NCBI GenBank assembly: GCA_963835065.1
Contig: CAWIEK010000033.1
Location: forward strand, 25,184-89,183
DNA: 64,000 nt
Direction of reading: 5' to 3'
Source of the DNA: an uncultured Chthonomonadaceae bacterium
Lineage (GTDB): Bacteria; Armatimonadota; Chthonomonadetes; Chthonomonadales; Chthonomonadaceae
The notes under the pieces were generated by a model that was not told the origin of the DNA, searched no databases, and was given only the letters and a program-made list of their open reading frames with translations. A program made the position numbers and the translations under genes. Below, in pieces: positions 8,331-18,586 of the stretch (its first letter is position 1; every line of letters starts with the position of its first letter).

Positions 8331-9643
8331 GAGGCGCACAGACGCGAAAGCGGCAAAACAGGCTTGCGCCCGCGCTTTGTTTGGCTGCCCTGCTGCTTTG
8401 CGGCTGCCGGATGGGAACGGAGGCGGGCGCGTCCGACAAAGAGATAACCATCTGGTCTATGTGGAGCGGGGCTGAAGAGCGCAATTTTGAGCGGGTTCTG
8501 CGCTTGTACGAGCGCAGCCATCCGGGCGTTCATATCCGCAATTTGGGCGCGGTCAGCGACGATACCAAAACCATTCGCGCCCTTGTGGCCGGAGCGACGC
8601 CCGACGTGTTCACGCTTGCCAATCCCGCGTACCTGGGCGCGCTGGCCCGTAACAAGGCCGTACGCCCGCTGGATGATTTACTGAACAACGGCGGACTGCA
8701 TGAAGCCGATTTTGTACCCGCGTCCCTGCGCCTGTGCCGCTATGAAAACCATTTGTATGGCCTGCCGTTCCTGATTGACGATGTAGCGCTGCTGTGGGAC
8801 AAGCAGGCGTTCCGCGAGGCCGGACTCGATCCCGAACGCCCGCCGCAAACGCTGGAAGAACTGGCGGATTACGCCGTCAAACTGACTAAACGCGACTCAA
8901 GCGGCAAAATCACGCGCCTGGGGTTGCGCCCGCCAAACGACCTGTTCATCCTGTTCTTTCTGTTCGGCGGCGGTTTGACGGACGCGCAAACCGGGCAGGC
9001 AACGCCGGACGCGCCGGGCAATGTGGCCGGAATGGAATGGTACAAAACGCTTGTGGATAGATTGGGCGGCATTGAGCAGATCAACGCTTTTTCGTCCGGC
9101 TTCGGTTCCAATCAGGGCGCGAGCAACCCGTTTTATGTGGGCAAAGTGGCGATGATGCTGGATGGCGAGTGGAATCCGTATTGGGTTTCGCGCTACGCCC
9201 CACAGATGCAGTACGGGGTCGCGCCCGTGCCGCCGCCTGCCGCGCATCCCGAACGCGCCGGCACGACCTGGATTGGCGGCAACGTGTTCTGCATCCCCGC
9301 CGACAGCAAGCATCCCCGCGAAGCGGCGGAGTTTCTCGTCTGGATGCAGTCGCCCGAAGCCCAAACCGCCTTTGCCCACGACATGAACAACGTGCCCAAC
9401 ATCCGCGCCGCGCTGCAATCGCCGCAACTGCGAACGGGCACAGCCTTTCGCCGTCAGTTCGGCAAGTTTCTTGATCTGGCCGATAGTCCCAACGCCGCGT
9501 ATTTCCCCGCCATGCCCTCCGCCAGCCTGTACATGAGCGAAATGAGCAACGCCACCGACAAAGTTCTCTACGGCGAACAAACCTCGATGCAAGCCCTTCA
9601 CGCCGTCAAACTTCACATGCAAAAAGAGGAAGCGCAGCCATGA
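8318..9643 (+). CDS. Carbohydrate ABC transporter substrate-binding lipoprotein
   Basis: Lipobox LLCGC, ITIWSMW, LYGLPF, LLWDKQAFREAGLDP, GKVAMMLDGEW. Confidence 0.9.
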   Translation: MVQTRGAQTRKRQNRLAPALCLAALLLCGCRMGTEAGASDKEITIWSMWSGAEERNFERVLRLYERSHPGVHIRNLGAVSDDTKTIRALVAGATPDVFTLANPAYLGALARNKAVRPLDDLLNNGGLHEADFVPASLRLCRYENHLYGLPFLIDDVALLWDKQAFREAGLDPERPPQTLEELADYAVKLTKRDSSGKITRLGLRPPNDLFILFFLFGGGLTDAQTGQATPDAPGNVAGMEWYKTLVDRLGGIEQINAFSSGFGSNQGASNPFYVGKVAMMLDGEWNPYWVSRYAPQMQYGVAPVPPPAAHPERAGTTWIGGNVFCIPADSKHPREAAEFLVWMQSPEAQTAFAHDMNNVPNIRAALQSPQLRTGTAFRRQFGKFLDLADSPNAAYFPAMPSASLYMSEMSNATDKVLYGEQTSMQALHAVKLHMQKEEAQP

Positions 9644-10548
9644 TTCAATCGAAAATCGAAAATCGAAAATCGAAAATCGAGTGGCTTGGTCTTGCCTTCG
9701 TATCGCCCTGGCTGATCGGCTTTTTCATTTTCACGCTATACCCGATTCTGGCTTCGCTGTACTACAGCTTTTGCGATTACCGCGTGTTGACGCCGCCGCA
9801 TTGGGTGGGCGTTCGCAACTATGTGGAACTGTTTACGGATCACGATTACTTTTTGCCAAGTCTGTCGAATACGCTGTTCATGTTTTTGGAACTGCCCATC
9901 GGCCTGGTTATCGGGCTGGCGATTGCGCTATTGCTCAATCTCAAACTGCGCGGCATGGCGTGGTTTCGGACATTGTATTATATTCCGTCCGTCGTGCCGA
10001 CCGTCGCTTCGGCCATTTTGTGGCTGTGGCTGCTGAACCCGGAATACGGATTGGTGAACAAAAGTCTGGGCTGGCTGCATCTGCCCACGCCCGCCTGGCT
10101 CTCAGATCGCGTCTGGGCCAAGCCGGGTTTTATCGTCATGGATTTGTGGGGCGTGGGCGGCAGCATGATCATCTATCTGGCCGCTTTGCAGGGAGTTCCC
10201 GCGCATCTGTACGAAGCGGCGGAACTGGACGGCGCGACGGGCTGGGACAAACTGCGCCACGTCACCCTGCCCGCCATTTCGCCCGTGATTTTCTTCAACC
10301 TGATTTTGAGCGTCATCGGCACGTTCCAGTATTTCACGCAGGCGTTTGTAATGACGGGCGGCGCGGGCGGGCCTGCCAAAAGCACCCTGTTCTACGCCCT
10401 TTATCTCTACCAGAACGCTTTCCAGTATTTCCGCATGGGCTACGCCTGCGCAATGGCCTGGGCGCTGTTCGTCCTGACTTTAATTGCCTCCTTCATCGTC
10501 TTCAAAACCTCGGCACGGTGGGTGTACTATGAGGGCGGGGAACGGTAG
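9640..10548 (+). CDS. Carbohydrate ABC transporter permease
   Basis: FVSPWLIGF, EAA motif LYEAAELDGA, GYACAMAW. Confidence 0.93.
   Translation: MIQSKIENRKSKIEWLGLAFVSPWLIGFFIFTLYPILASLYYSFCDYRVLTPPHWVGVRNYVELFTDHDYFLPSLSNTLFMFLELPIGLVIGLAIALLLNLKLRGMAWFRTLYYIPSVVPTVASAILWLWLLNPEYGLVNKSLGWLHLPTPAWLSDRVWAKPGFIVMDLWGVGGSMIIYLAALQGVPAHLYEAAELDGATGWDKLRHVTLPAISPVIFFNLILSVIGTFQYFTQAFVMTGGAGGPAKSTLFYALYLYQNAFQYFRMGYACAMAWALFVLTLIASFIVFKTSARWVYYEGGER
9647..9678 (+). repeat. AATCGAA heptamer array (left arm, translated as QSKIENRKSKIE)
   Basis: aatcgaa x4; complementary array at 10549-10580. Confidence 0.85.
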
Positions 10549-10580
10549 GATTTTCGATTTTCGATTTTCGATTGCCGATT
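10549..10580 (-). repeat. TTCGATT heptamer array (right arm)
   Basis: gattttcgattttcgattttcgattgccgatt immediately after the permease stop. Confidence 0.85.
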
Positions 10581-10707
10581 GTGGATGTGGCTTATGTCTT
10601 TTCTTCTCTTCTTCTCTTTATTAGGTGTCGGCAGGAGATTAGAAGCGACGTGAAGAATTAACTTTCGGAAACGCTGCGCAGAAAAGTGACGCGCCAGGAG
10701 GCCGATT

Positions 10708-11964
10708 GTGCGGATACTGATGCTTTCGTGGGAATATCCTCCCAAAATCGTGGGCGGCATTGCCCGCCATGTGGAAGAATTGTCGTGGGAACTGGCAAAA
10801 CTGCCGGGCGTGGAAGTGCATGTCGTGACGTGCGACTTTCCGGGCGCGGCGGAAGAAGAGGTGTTTGCGGGCGTCCATATTCATCGCGTTGCCGCGTATG
10901 ACGCGCCCGGAGGCCATAAAGACTTTTTCCACTGGATACACCAACTCAACGCCGCCATGCGTGACCGGGCGGACGCGCTGTGCCGCGAATGGCTGGCCGG
11001 CAAAAAACCCGGCGACCCGCCCCGCGATCCGAAAACGCTTTCGGACGCAGACGCCATTGTGCTGCACGCGCACGACTGGCTGGTCTGGTTCGCGGCCAAT
11101 GAACTGAAATACACGTACAAACTGCCGCTCGTGGGCACGATCCACGCGACGGAATATGGGCGCAACAACGGCATCCACAACGAAACGCAGCGCTACATCA
11201 ACAGCATCGAGTGGAAACTGGCGTATGAGTCGTGGCGCATCATCGTTTGTACTCACTTCATGCGGGGCGAAGTGATGCATGCCCTCCACGCGCCCGCCGA
11301 TAAATTGGACATTATTCCGAACGGCGTTAATGCCGAAAAATTCGCGTTTGATTTTCCCCCGGAAGAAGCGGCGGAGTTTCGGGCGCAGTTCGCCGCGCCC
11401 AATGAGAAAATCATCATGTTTGTCGGGCGCGGCGTCCGGGAAAAGGGCGCGCAGGTGCTGATCGCTTCCCTGCCGAAAGTGCGCCATTTCTACCATGACG
11501 CCAAATTGGTAATCGCGGGCGGCGGCTATCGGCAGCATTTGATAGACCAGGCGCATGCTATCGGCATGGGCGCGCACGTCCTGTTTACAGGCTTTATTCC
11601 CGATGACGCGCTGCTGCGGCTGTACAAAGTGGCCGACATCGCGTGTTTCCCAAGCCTGTACGAGCCATTTGGAATTGTCGCGCTGGAAGGCATGGCCGCG
11701 CATGTCCCGCTTGTGGTATCCAACGCGGGCGGCCTGCCCGAAGTGGTGGAAAACAACGTGACCGGCATCACCACGTTTGCCGACAATCCCGACAGCCTTG
11801 CGGATGGCCTGCTGTATGTGCTGCACAACCCTGACCGCGCGCAGGCAATGGCCGACGAAGCCCTGAAGCGCATTGCAACCGTGTTCAACTGGGCCAACAT
11901 CGCCCAACAAACCAATGATGTGTACGTCCGCTGCTGGCAGGAGTATGTAAAATCCGACTGGTAG
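10708..11964 (+). CDS. Glycosyltransferase family 4 (GT-B)
   Basis: MRILMLSWEYPP..GG, HAHDWL, TIHATE, FPSLYEPFGIVALE. Confidence 0.93.
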   Translation: MRILMLSWEYPPKIVGGIARHVEELSWELAKLPGVEVHVVTCDFPGAAEEEVFAGVHIHRVAAYDAPGGHKDFFHWIHQLNAAMRDRADALCREWLAGKKPGDPPRDPKTLSDADAIVLHAHDWLVWFAANELKYTYKLPLVGTIHATEYGRNNGIHNETQRYINSIEWKLAYESWRIIVCTHFMRGEVMHALHAPADKLDIIPNGVNAEKFAFDFPPEEAAEFRAQFAAPNEKIIMFVGRGVREKGAQVLIASLPKVRHFYHDAKLVIAGGGYRQHLIDQAHAIGMGAHVLFTGFIPDDALLRLYKVADIACFPSLYEPFGIVALEGMAAHVPLVVSNAGGLPEVVENNVTGITTFADNPDSLADGLLYVLHNPDRAQAMADEALKRIATVFNWANIAQQTNDVYVRCWQEYVKSDW

Positions 11965-12104
11965 CCTTTTCGCGCCATCTGACAATCTAAACGTTCTCAC
12001 GCTGTGGTCGGGCGCATACGTCTTTATACTTTTTACCAAAAAATAAAGAACATGGGAGTCACAGTATTGTCTGATTCTCGTAATAGTACAGGGGGAGGAA
12101 CCCC

Positions 12105-13913
12105 ATGCGCGCGATTTGCAGAGGAGAACACCCCGTTATGCCAGCGTTCCCGGCAAGAAAACCACATTCCGCCCATAGTTGCGGACAACAATGGGATTCT
12201 GACTTTTTGTCGCGCCTTCCGCGATTTTGGAAGCGGCGTGGCATTTGCCTTGCGCTGCCATTTGCGCTGACGGTCGGGATAGGAACGCATGCAAACGCGC
12301 AGGACAAGGCGGCGGGCGATCTCTTTTCGGTGTTTGCCGTTGCTTCGCCCCTGCCTTCCAGGCCGTTGGGAGAACTTGCGCCGTCCGGCACGCTGTCGCG
12401 CTTCGATGCGCTGGCGGGCATCCAAACGGATGTGATTTTCGGGACCAACACCGGCGGCCCGTATGCGCTTTCGTGGAAAAAGGCGCAGTCCAACAGCGAA
12501 ACTGTCGAATGTGGCGGGCGAACCTTGCAGCGCGACATTGATTACACCGTCAACGCGGATGCGGGAACCATCCAGTTCGCTTCGCCCCTGCCGACCGGAA
12601 CCGCCGCCAGCGTCACCTATTCCACCAACGCGCCCGGCGCGATCCGCAGCGTTCCCGAAGCCCGCCTGCTGCACATGGATTTACTCAGCAAAGGCAAGAA
12701 TCGCCTGCGCCTGCGCACCCGGATTCAGGACGAGACCGCATCCGGCGTCCTTCCCTCTGCTCCGTCCGCCACGACTCCCAACAGTGCGTCCACAGCGGCG
12801 CAGTTCGGCGTCAACGCGTTGCAATGGACGGGCAGTACGCCCCTGCTGCGCAATTCCCTCTTCACGTCGCAGTTGGATTCTCGCTTGTTTTTGGATTTGC
12901 AGGGCGGCGATTGGATGGATCGGGGCGGCATGGCATTGGCGCAGCAGACGAAGATGGGCAAGGCCAACATAAACTTCGCGTATGCCCGCGCCGGGGCGCA
13001 GTTTACGCAAACCGACGAAAGCGGCATCGCGGCGGGACAGGAAACGCTGGGCGCAAAACTTGCGGTTGCCCCGGCAAAAGGCGTCACGGTTGCGGGCGGC
13101 GTTCAGGAAACCACGTTCGTACCCGCCGCAGGCAGCGCATCCGCGCCCGTGAAAACCCTGCAAACCAGTGGCGAAATCGGTTTGGAAATACCCGCGCTTG
13201 CCAAAACCAAAATTACGTCGAAGGTGGAAGACCGCGTTAATAAGGACGGCCAAACGCTGACGGCGGAAACCAATGTTCAGCTTCCCCGCCTGCCGCTTGC
13301 GCAAACGCAAATTACAGGCGGCGTTCAGTATTCCGCCGATCCCAAACAGGAGCGCACTGTGGGCCTGCTTTCCGCCACCTCCAAACCGCAGCGCTATCTC
13401 GAGGTGACCGGTGACGCCCGTATTCGCGCCGGCCAGCTTGCCGACAACGCGCCCGACCCTACTATCCGCAACACCTACGGGTTAAAACTCAACTTTGCGC
13501 CTTCCAAACGGCTTCGGCTTGGTGGCGGCACGATTTTCAACCCGGAAGCCGGAAGCGGAATCCTCAACGGACAGCGCAACACCCTGAATCTGGAATCGGA
13601 TTGGGGCTTTTTTGCCCTGAAGGGGCAGATGGGGCTAGACCAGGATTACGACAAGGCTCATTCGTCCGGCACATCCGAATTGGGACTTGACCTGCGCCTC
13701 ACCCGTTGGGACGTGTTCAGCACGGGTTTTCGCGGGCAGGGATTGTTCGACGCCACCACGCCGGGCACGGGAACCTACCTGCTCGGCTTCAAGCACCGCC
13801 TGGGTTCCGCGTTCGACTTAATGCTCAATGGCGAAGTGACTCGCCCGCTCCTCGGCGGTGACGCTTCCAAAACCGAAATCAAAACAGAGGCCAAGTTGGG
13901 GCTGCGGTTTTAA
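12105..13913 (+). CDS. Secreted/outer-membrane beta-barrel-like protein
   Basis: Signal-like segment ending ANA-Q, DYTVNADAGTIQF module, amphipathic strands, C-terminal LGLRF; true start uncertain. Confidence 0.6.
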   Translation: MRAICRGEHPVMPAFPARKPHSAHSCGQQWDSDFLSRLPRFWKRRGICLALPFALTVGIGTHANAQDKAAGDLFSVFAVASPLPSRPLGELAPSGTLSRFDALAGIQTDVIFGTNTGGPYALSWKKAQSNSETVECGGRTLQRDIDYTVNADAGTIQFASPLPTGTAASVTYSTNAPGAIRSVPEARLLHMDLLSKGKNRLRLRTRIQDETASGVLPSAPSATTPNSASTAAQFGVNALQWTGSTPLLRNSLFTSQLDSRLFLDLQGGDWMDRGGMALAQQTKMGKANINFAYARAGAQFTQTDESGIAAGQETLGAKLAVAPAKGVTVAGGVQETTFVPAAGSASAPVKTLQTSGEIGLEIPALAKTKITSKVEDRVNKDGQTLTAETNVQLPRLPLAQTQITGGVQYSADPKQERTVGLLSATSKPQRYLEVTGDARIRAGQLADNAPDPTIRNTYGLKLNFAPSKRLRLGGGTIFNPEAGSGILNGQRNTLNLESDWGFFALKGQMGLDQDYDKAHSSGTSELGLDLRLTRWDVFSTGFRGQGLFDATTPGTGTYLLGFKHRLGSAFDLMLNGEVTRPLLGGDASKTEIKTEAKLGLRF

Positions 13914-13918
13914 TCCGC

Positions 13919-14009
13919 TTAGAGCCTCTCCCTATAGGCCGGGGATTGAAAATCCCCGGCAGGAAAGTACAAGCGTCCTGCGGACGCAAATGCCGCGCCT
14001 ATTGGGAGA
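13919..14009. mobile_element. MITE/REP-like palindromic element, copy 1
   Basis: TCCC.ATAGGC..GCCTATTGGGA terminal stem with two internal hairpins; near-identical copy at 57097-57190. Confidence 0.7.
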
Positions 14010-14014
14010 AGTTC

Positions 14015-15404
14015 TCAAAGCTTCAGATGGATTGATTTCGGGTCGGCATTGTGGAATTGTTTTGCCAGTCTCGGCCTGTCTACCTTGCTGCCGCCAGCGT
14101 ACACGGCTCTAATGTGACGCAAATTGCGTATGTCGCGCAACGGGTCGGCATCCAGCAGAATAAAATCGGCATAGCGTCCGGGCTGTATGGTTCCCACTTC
14201 CCTACCCTTGCGCAAGATGCGCGCGGCGTTGCCCGTTGCCGTCTGCAAGGCTTCGTTGGGCGTCAATCCGGCCTGCGTGAGCAGGTATAGTTCCGTCAAT
14301 AGTCCGGCTCCGGGCAGTACCCAGGGCGCGGGCGTGTCGGTTCCCGCAATGATGGCAATATGATTCTGTTTTAACTTTCTGACCAGTTGCAGGAATTGAA
14401 CTTTCGCGCGCTTCGCCCGCATAAAATCTCGCTTCGTCCAGCCTTTGGTTCCGATAAATTCCCAGTAGGGATTGTGCCAGAAACGATTCCAGCCTGCCGG
14501 GACTTTGGCCCAATTGCCATACGTGGTTTTCGCGCCTCTTTGACCCTGCCAGGGCAGCAGAGCAACAGCAAGCGTGGGCGTTACGGCGACATGGTTTTTG
14601 GCGAGCGTGGTAATCAAATTCTTTGTCGCCGCGCCCTCTAAGTTTACATTTTCCACGCCCGCGAACGTTTTGCCGTACCCTTCCGGCGTGTGGGGCGGCA
14701 ATACGCGCAGTTCCTGAAACAGCGTGGTAACGTGTTCCAGATTGTCAATTCCCGCCTTCGCCGCAACGCTCGGCAGGGTCGCGCCCAGATGCGCGGTCAC
14801 GGGAAGCCCGCGCCGGTGCGCCTGCGTAATGACGGCCCGCGTCACGTCCGGCTTCGCCAAAATGTATAATTTCACGCCGTCCACGCCCTGCTTTTGCATG
14901 TCATCCAATAATGCCGGCACTTCTCCCGGCGTTCTTCACCGCCACCGCGCCCCACCAACTCGGCTTGCCCTCGTCAATGTTCTGCCCCATCCAATAAATG
15001 CGCGGGATTGTTTCGGTCGCGCCGATTTGCCGCAAATGCTGTATGGTTTTCAGGTTCGAGCCGACATCGCGCACACTTGTCACGCCGTACAGCGCGAATG
15101 TGCCGGGCGTCAGCACTTCATCCAAATGGACGTGCATATCAATCAGGCCGGGAACCAGCCATTTGCCCTTTGCCGCCACAACATGCGCGTTTGCCGGAAT
15201 ATGTACCTGTCGGCGCGTTCCCACAGCAGTAAAACGCCCGTTTCGTATCACCACGACGCCATTATGAAGGGGCGCTTTGCCCGTGCCGTCAACAATCGTC
15301 GCCCCTGTAATTACAAGCGGCGCGTCTTGAGCGGCAGAAGGAACAGAAGCGGGCGCAGGAACAGCCTGCATCCCAAATAGCATTGCCAGCGCCCAGGCGA
15401 TCAT
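14015..15404 (-). CDS. Secreted amidohydrolase family protein (frameshift near 14925)
   Basis: PGLIDMHVH in ORF 14901-15404 continues into ORF 14015-14920 with AGTD and GTIQPGRYADFILLDADPL. Confidence 0.85.
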
Positions 15405-15461
15405 AATGCCATCCTTTCGTTCTATGAAGCAATGGTAGTTCTAAAAACCATCGTTTCCGGC

Positions 15462-15491
15462 TTGACACGGGTACAAAGATACGGGTAGTAT
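15462..15491 (+). promoter_or_regulatory. Sigma70-type promoter for the purH leader
   Basis: TTGACA-N18-TAGTAT upstream of the riboswitch. Confidence 0.55.
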
Positions 15492-15510
15492 CAAAGTAGA
15501 AAACAACAAC

Positions 15511-15586
15511 GGCCTGCGCAACTGGCGTTCACAGGGAAACCACCCTGGGGAAGCGCAAGGCCGAGGAACTGTCGCGCGCCTGGGCA
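15511..15586 (+). ncRNA. ZMP/ZTP (pfl) riboswitch
   Basis: P1 ggcctgcgc/gcgcaaggcc, ACTGGCG and 3' CGCCTGGGCA pseudoknot signature, upstream of purH. Confidence 0.88.
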
Positions 15587-15619
15587 TCTGCATTTTCACT
15601 GCGGAAGTCCGGGTTTTTT
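15579..15619 (+). terminator. Riboswitch expression-platform terminator
   Basis: cctgggcatctgca..tgcggaagtccggg followed by T6, overlapping the aptamer 3' strand. Confidence 0.7.
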
Positions 15620-15635
15620 GTCGTCTATGCGGATG

Positions 15636-15777
15636 AGGCATCAGGCATCAGGCATTAGAGGAGAAGACAGAAGACAGAAGACGGAATATAGGAAGCCTGA
15701 ACACCGAACACCGAACACCTGAACACCCAATACCGAATACCGAATACCGAACACCGAACGCCTAATACCCAACACCT
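15636..15777. repeat. Mixed heptamer arrays (AGGCATC, AGAAGAC, CCGAACA/CCGAATA)
   Basis: Tandem 7-mers in the purH 5' region. Confidence 0.85.
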
Positions 15778-15795
15778 ATTCATGGAGGTACGTTT

Positions 15796-17514
15796 ATGCC
15801 GGAAAATCAACCCAACGCCAGCCGTCGCGCCCTTCTCAGCGTTTCCAACAAGGACGGCCTGATTGCGTTTGCCCAATCGCTTCGGGAACTTGGCTTTGAG
15901 ATCATTTCTACAGGCGGAACGGCGGCGGCGTTGAGCGCGGCCAACATCCCCGTTCTCAATGTCAGCGACGTGACCGGCTTTCCTGAAATGCTGGAAGGAC
16001 GGGTCAAGACGCTGCATCCGGGCGTGCATGGCGGCCTGCTGGCGGACCGCAGCAAGCCGGAACATCTGGCAGCCATTGCCGCGCACCACATTATGCCCAT
16101 TGATCTGCTGTGCGTCAATCTTTATCCCTTCGCCGCTACAATCGCCAAACCCGATGTCACGCTGGAAAACGCGATTGAAAACATTGACATCGGCGGGCCG
16201 GCCATGATCCGCTCCGCCGCCAAAAACCACAATCATGTTCTGGTTGTGGTAGACCCCGCCGACTATGCGCCTCTCATTGCCGAACTGCAATCTTCCTCTG
16301 ACGGCATCGGACAATCCACGCTGGCAACCCGGCGTCGTCTCGCGGCCAAAGCGTTTACGCACACTGCGCAGTATGATACCACCATCAGCCAGTGGCTGAC
16401 GCAGCGATTTGCGCAGGAAGAACAAGCGAAAGAACAAGCAACAGAACAAACGGAAGCGCCGTCGGCAGACCCCGGCACAGTTCCGGCGGCGCAGCAGGCC
16501 GACACGCAGCCTGACGACACAAGCGTATTGCCGTCTTCATTCGCCATTCATTACAGCAAGGCGCAGGATTGCCGGTACGGCGAAAACCCGCACCAGCAGG
16601 CCGCGTTTTATGTGGCTCCCAATGTGACGGAACCCTGCGTGGCAAACGCAAGGCAGATTTGGGGCAAGGAACTGTCGTTTAACAACATCTACGACCTGAA
16701 CGGCGCGCTGGAAACCGTCAAGGAATTCAGCGAGGAAGACCGCCCCGCCGCCGTCATTATCAAGCACACCAATCCCTGCGGCGCGGCTCTGGGCGATACC
16801 CTTGCCGACGCTTTCCAGAAAGCGCGATTGGGCGACCCGATTTCCGCGTTCGGCGGCATCCTTGCCGTGACGCGCATTCTGGATGTGGCGACGGCGGAAG
16901 CGATTACGGGCAAAAACACGTTCTTCGAGGCCATTATCGCGCCGGGTTACGAGGCGGAAGCGATTCCCATTTTAAAGGAGCGCAAAGCGTGGGGCGCGAA
17001 CCTGCGCCTGCTGGAAGTGGCGGATTTGCGCGATTGGCGCGACAAAGCGGAAGTGACAGGCCCGGACTTCAAGCGCGTGACGGGCGGCGTCCTCGTACAA
17101 ACGCCCGATCATGTCGTTATCACGCCCGACAAACTGGAAGTCGTGACCGAACGCGCCCCCACCCCCGAAGAAATCGAGGAACTGCTGTTCGCGTGGCGTA
17201 TCGTCCGGCACGTCAAAAGCAACGCGATTGTGTTCACGAAAGCCCGGCAGGTCGTTGGCGTGGGCGCGGGGCAGATGAACCGCGTCCGCTCCGTGAAGCT
17301 GGCGGTGGAGCAGGCGGGCGAGCAGGCGCGGGGCGCAGTGATGGGTTCCGACGCCTTCTTCCCCTTCCCCGACGGCCCCGAAGCGGCAGCCGCCGCCGGC
17401 ATTACGGCCATCATTCAGCCCGGCGGCAGCAAAAAGGATCAGGAAACCATAGACGTGTGCAACAAAAACGGTATCGCAATGGTGTACACAGGCATCCGCC
17501 ACTTTTTACATTAA
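15796..17514 (+). CDS. purH: Bifunctional AICAR transformylase/IMP cyclohydrolase
   Basis: RRALLSVS, GRVKTLHP, IDIGGP, RYGENPHQ, KHTNPCG, SDAFFPF, RHFLH. Confidence 0.97.
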   Translation: MPENQPNASRRALLSVSNKDGLIAFAQSLRELGFEIISTGGTAAALSAANIPVLNVSDVTGFPEMLEGRVKTLHPGVHGGLLADRSKPEHLAAIAAHHIMPIDLLCVNLYPFAATIAKPDVTLENAIENIDIGGPAMIRSAAKNHNHVLVVVDPADYAPLIAELQSSSDGIGQSTLATRRRLAAKAFTHTAQYDTTISQWLTQRFAQEEQAKEQATEQTEAPSADPGTVPAAQQADTQPDDTSVLPSSFAIHYSKAQDCRYGENPHQQAAFYVAPNVTEPCVANARQIWGKELSFNNIYDLNGALETVKEFSEEDRPAAVIIKHTNPCGAALGDTLADAFQKARLGDPISAFGGILAVTRILDVATAEAITGKNTFFEAIIAPGYEAEAIPILKERKAWGANLRLLEVADLRDWRDKAEVTGPDFKRVTGGVLVQTPDHVVITPDKLEVVTERAPTPEEIEELLFAWRIVRHVKSNAIVFTKARQVVGVGAGQMNRVRSVKLAVEQAGEQARGAVMGSDAFFPFPDGPEAAAAAGITAIIQPGGSKKDQETIDVCNKNGIAMVYTGIRHFLH

Positions 17515-17528
17515 ACACTTACCGCATA

Positions 17529-17557
17529 GCAGCCGGCTTCAGGTTCGTGCCGGCTGC
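17529..17557. terminator. Hairpin between convergent purH and DJ-1 genes
   Basis: gcagccggc..gccggctgc. Confidence 0.45.
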
Positions 17558-17665
17558 TTGCGGCTTGGCGGCGGTTTTGCGGACAGCGGGCAGCGTTTCC
17601 ACGCGAAAAAGGGTCTCTGCGGAGCGTCCATAACGGCATTGTAACGCTCCCGTTCCGTTTTCTTG

Positions 17666-18568
17666 TTATAAGCCCGCTTGCCGGGTTTTCCAGCTTTTTG
17701 TAACGCGGGCCGCCGCCGTACGCACATCATCGCGCAGGGGCGCGAACATGGCCCATTCCATCTGTAACACGTCGGGCGGGGCGCTTTCCGGGGTTCCCGA
17801 TTGGTAGGGCGGCTGCGGGTTGTACTCATACGCCAGCTGCAGCGATTTGGCGCACTTTTCATTGCGGAGCATGGCCGCAAGATGCAGGCCGAAATCCAGC
17901 CCTGCGGTGACGCCCGCGCCCGTGATGCGGTTGCGGTCTTCGACAAAGCGCTCCCTGACGGGCGTTGCGCCAAATAACGCGAGCAGATCGCGCATACCCC
18001 AATGCGAGGTGGCTTTGTAGCCACGCAGCAAGCCCGCCGCGCCCAAGACGAGGGAACCGGTGCAAACGCTGGTGACATAACGCGCGGTTTTGCCCTGCTT
18101 TGCCAGAAAGCCAAGCGTTGGCGCATCGTCCATCAGGGCGAGAGTGCCACGCGAGCCACCCGGCACGAACAGAACGGTCAGGCTATTGGGGCAGTCGGCG
18201 AAGGTTGTTGTCGGCTGAATGGAAACGCCCAAATCACTGGTCACGAGTTCGCGCGTTTTCGCCACCAGATGCACCTTCACGTTGCCAAGCGTGGCGAAAA
18301 TCTGCTGCGGGCCAATCAAGTCCAGTGTGGTCATTTTCGGATACAGCAGCATGGCGATGTGTTGCGGCGGGCCGTCGGGGATGCCATAGCCGCTCATGTC
18401 GTGTTTGGGATGCGTACCGGGCGGGGGCGGCGTGGCAGGATCGGCAATGCTGTTTTGCGTGGGCGCATCCAATAAGGTTTCGGCGTCGCCCTGCGTCTTA
18501 GCAAAAGAAGCGCCGGCCAGCGACAACCCCGCCGTGCCAAGTGTTTGCAGTAACTCTCTGCGGTTCAT
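17666..18568 (-). CDS. Tat-exported DJ-1/PfpI family protein (isonitrile hydratase-like)
   Basis: MNRRELL Tat signal; LDLIGP, LFVPGG, SVCTG, GVTAGLDFGL, EYNPQPPY.SGTP. Confidence 0.88.
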   Translation of the reverse strand: MNRRELLQTLGTAGLSLAGASFAKTQGDAETLLDAPTQNSIADPATPPPPGTHPKHDMSGYGIPDGPPQHIAMLLYPKMTTLDLIGPQQIFATLGNVKVHLVAKTRELVTSDLGVSIQPTTTFADCPNSLTVLFVPGGSRGTLALMDDAPTLGFLAKQGKTARYVTSVCTGSLVLGAAGLLRGYKATSHWGMRDLLALFGATPVRERFVEDRNRITGAGVTAGLDFGLHLAAMLRNEKCAKSLQLAYEYNPQPPYQSGTPESAPPDVLQMEWAMFAPLRDDVRTAAARVTKSWKTRQAGL

Positions 18569-18586
18569 ATAGTCTCCTTCTTTCCG

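Noticed and set aside
10639..12039. 466-aa minus-strand ORF
   Set aside because: Antisense shadow of the GT4 glycosyltransferase
13919..14009. Three-stem element as a hammerhead ribozyme or c-di-GMP riboswitch
   Set aside because: The core CUGANGA/GAAA arrangement and GEMM consensus were not found, and this copy lies between convergent genes
15636..15777. Repeat arrays as a CRISPR array
   Set aside because: Units are 7-9 nt in tandem with no unique spacers, and no cas genes are in the window
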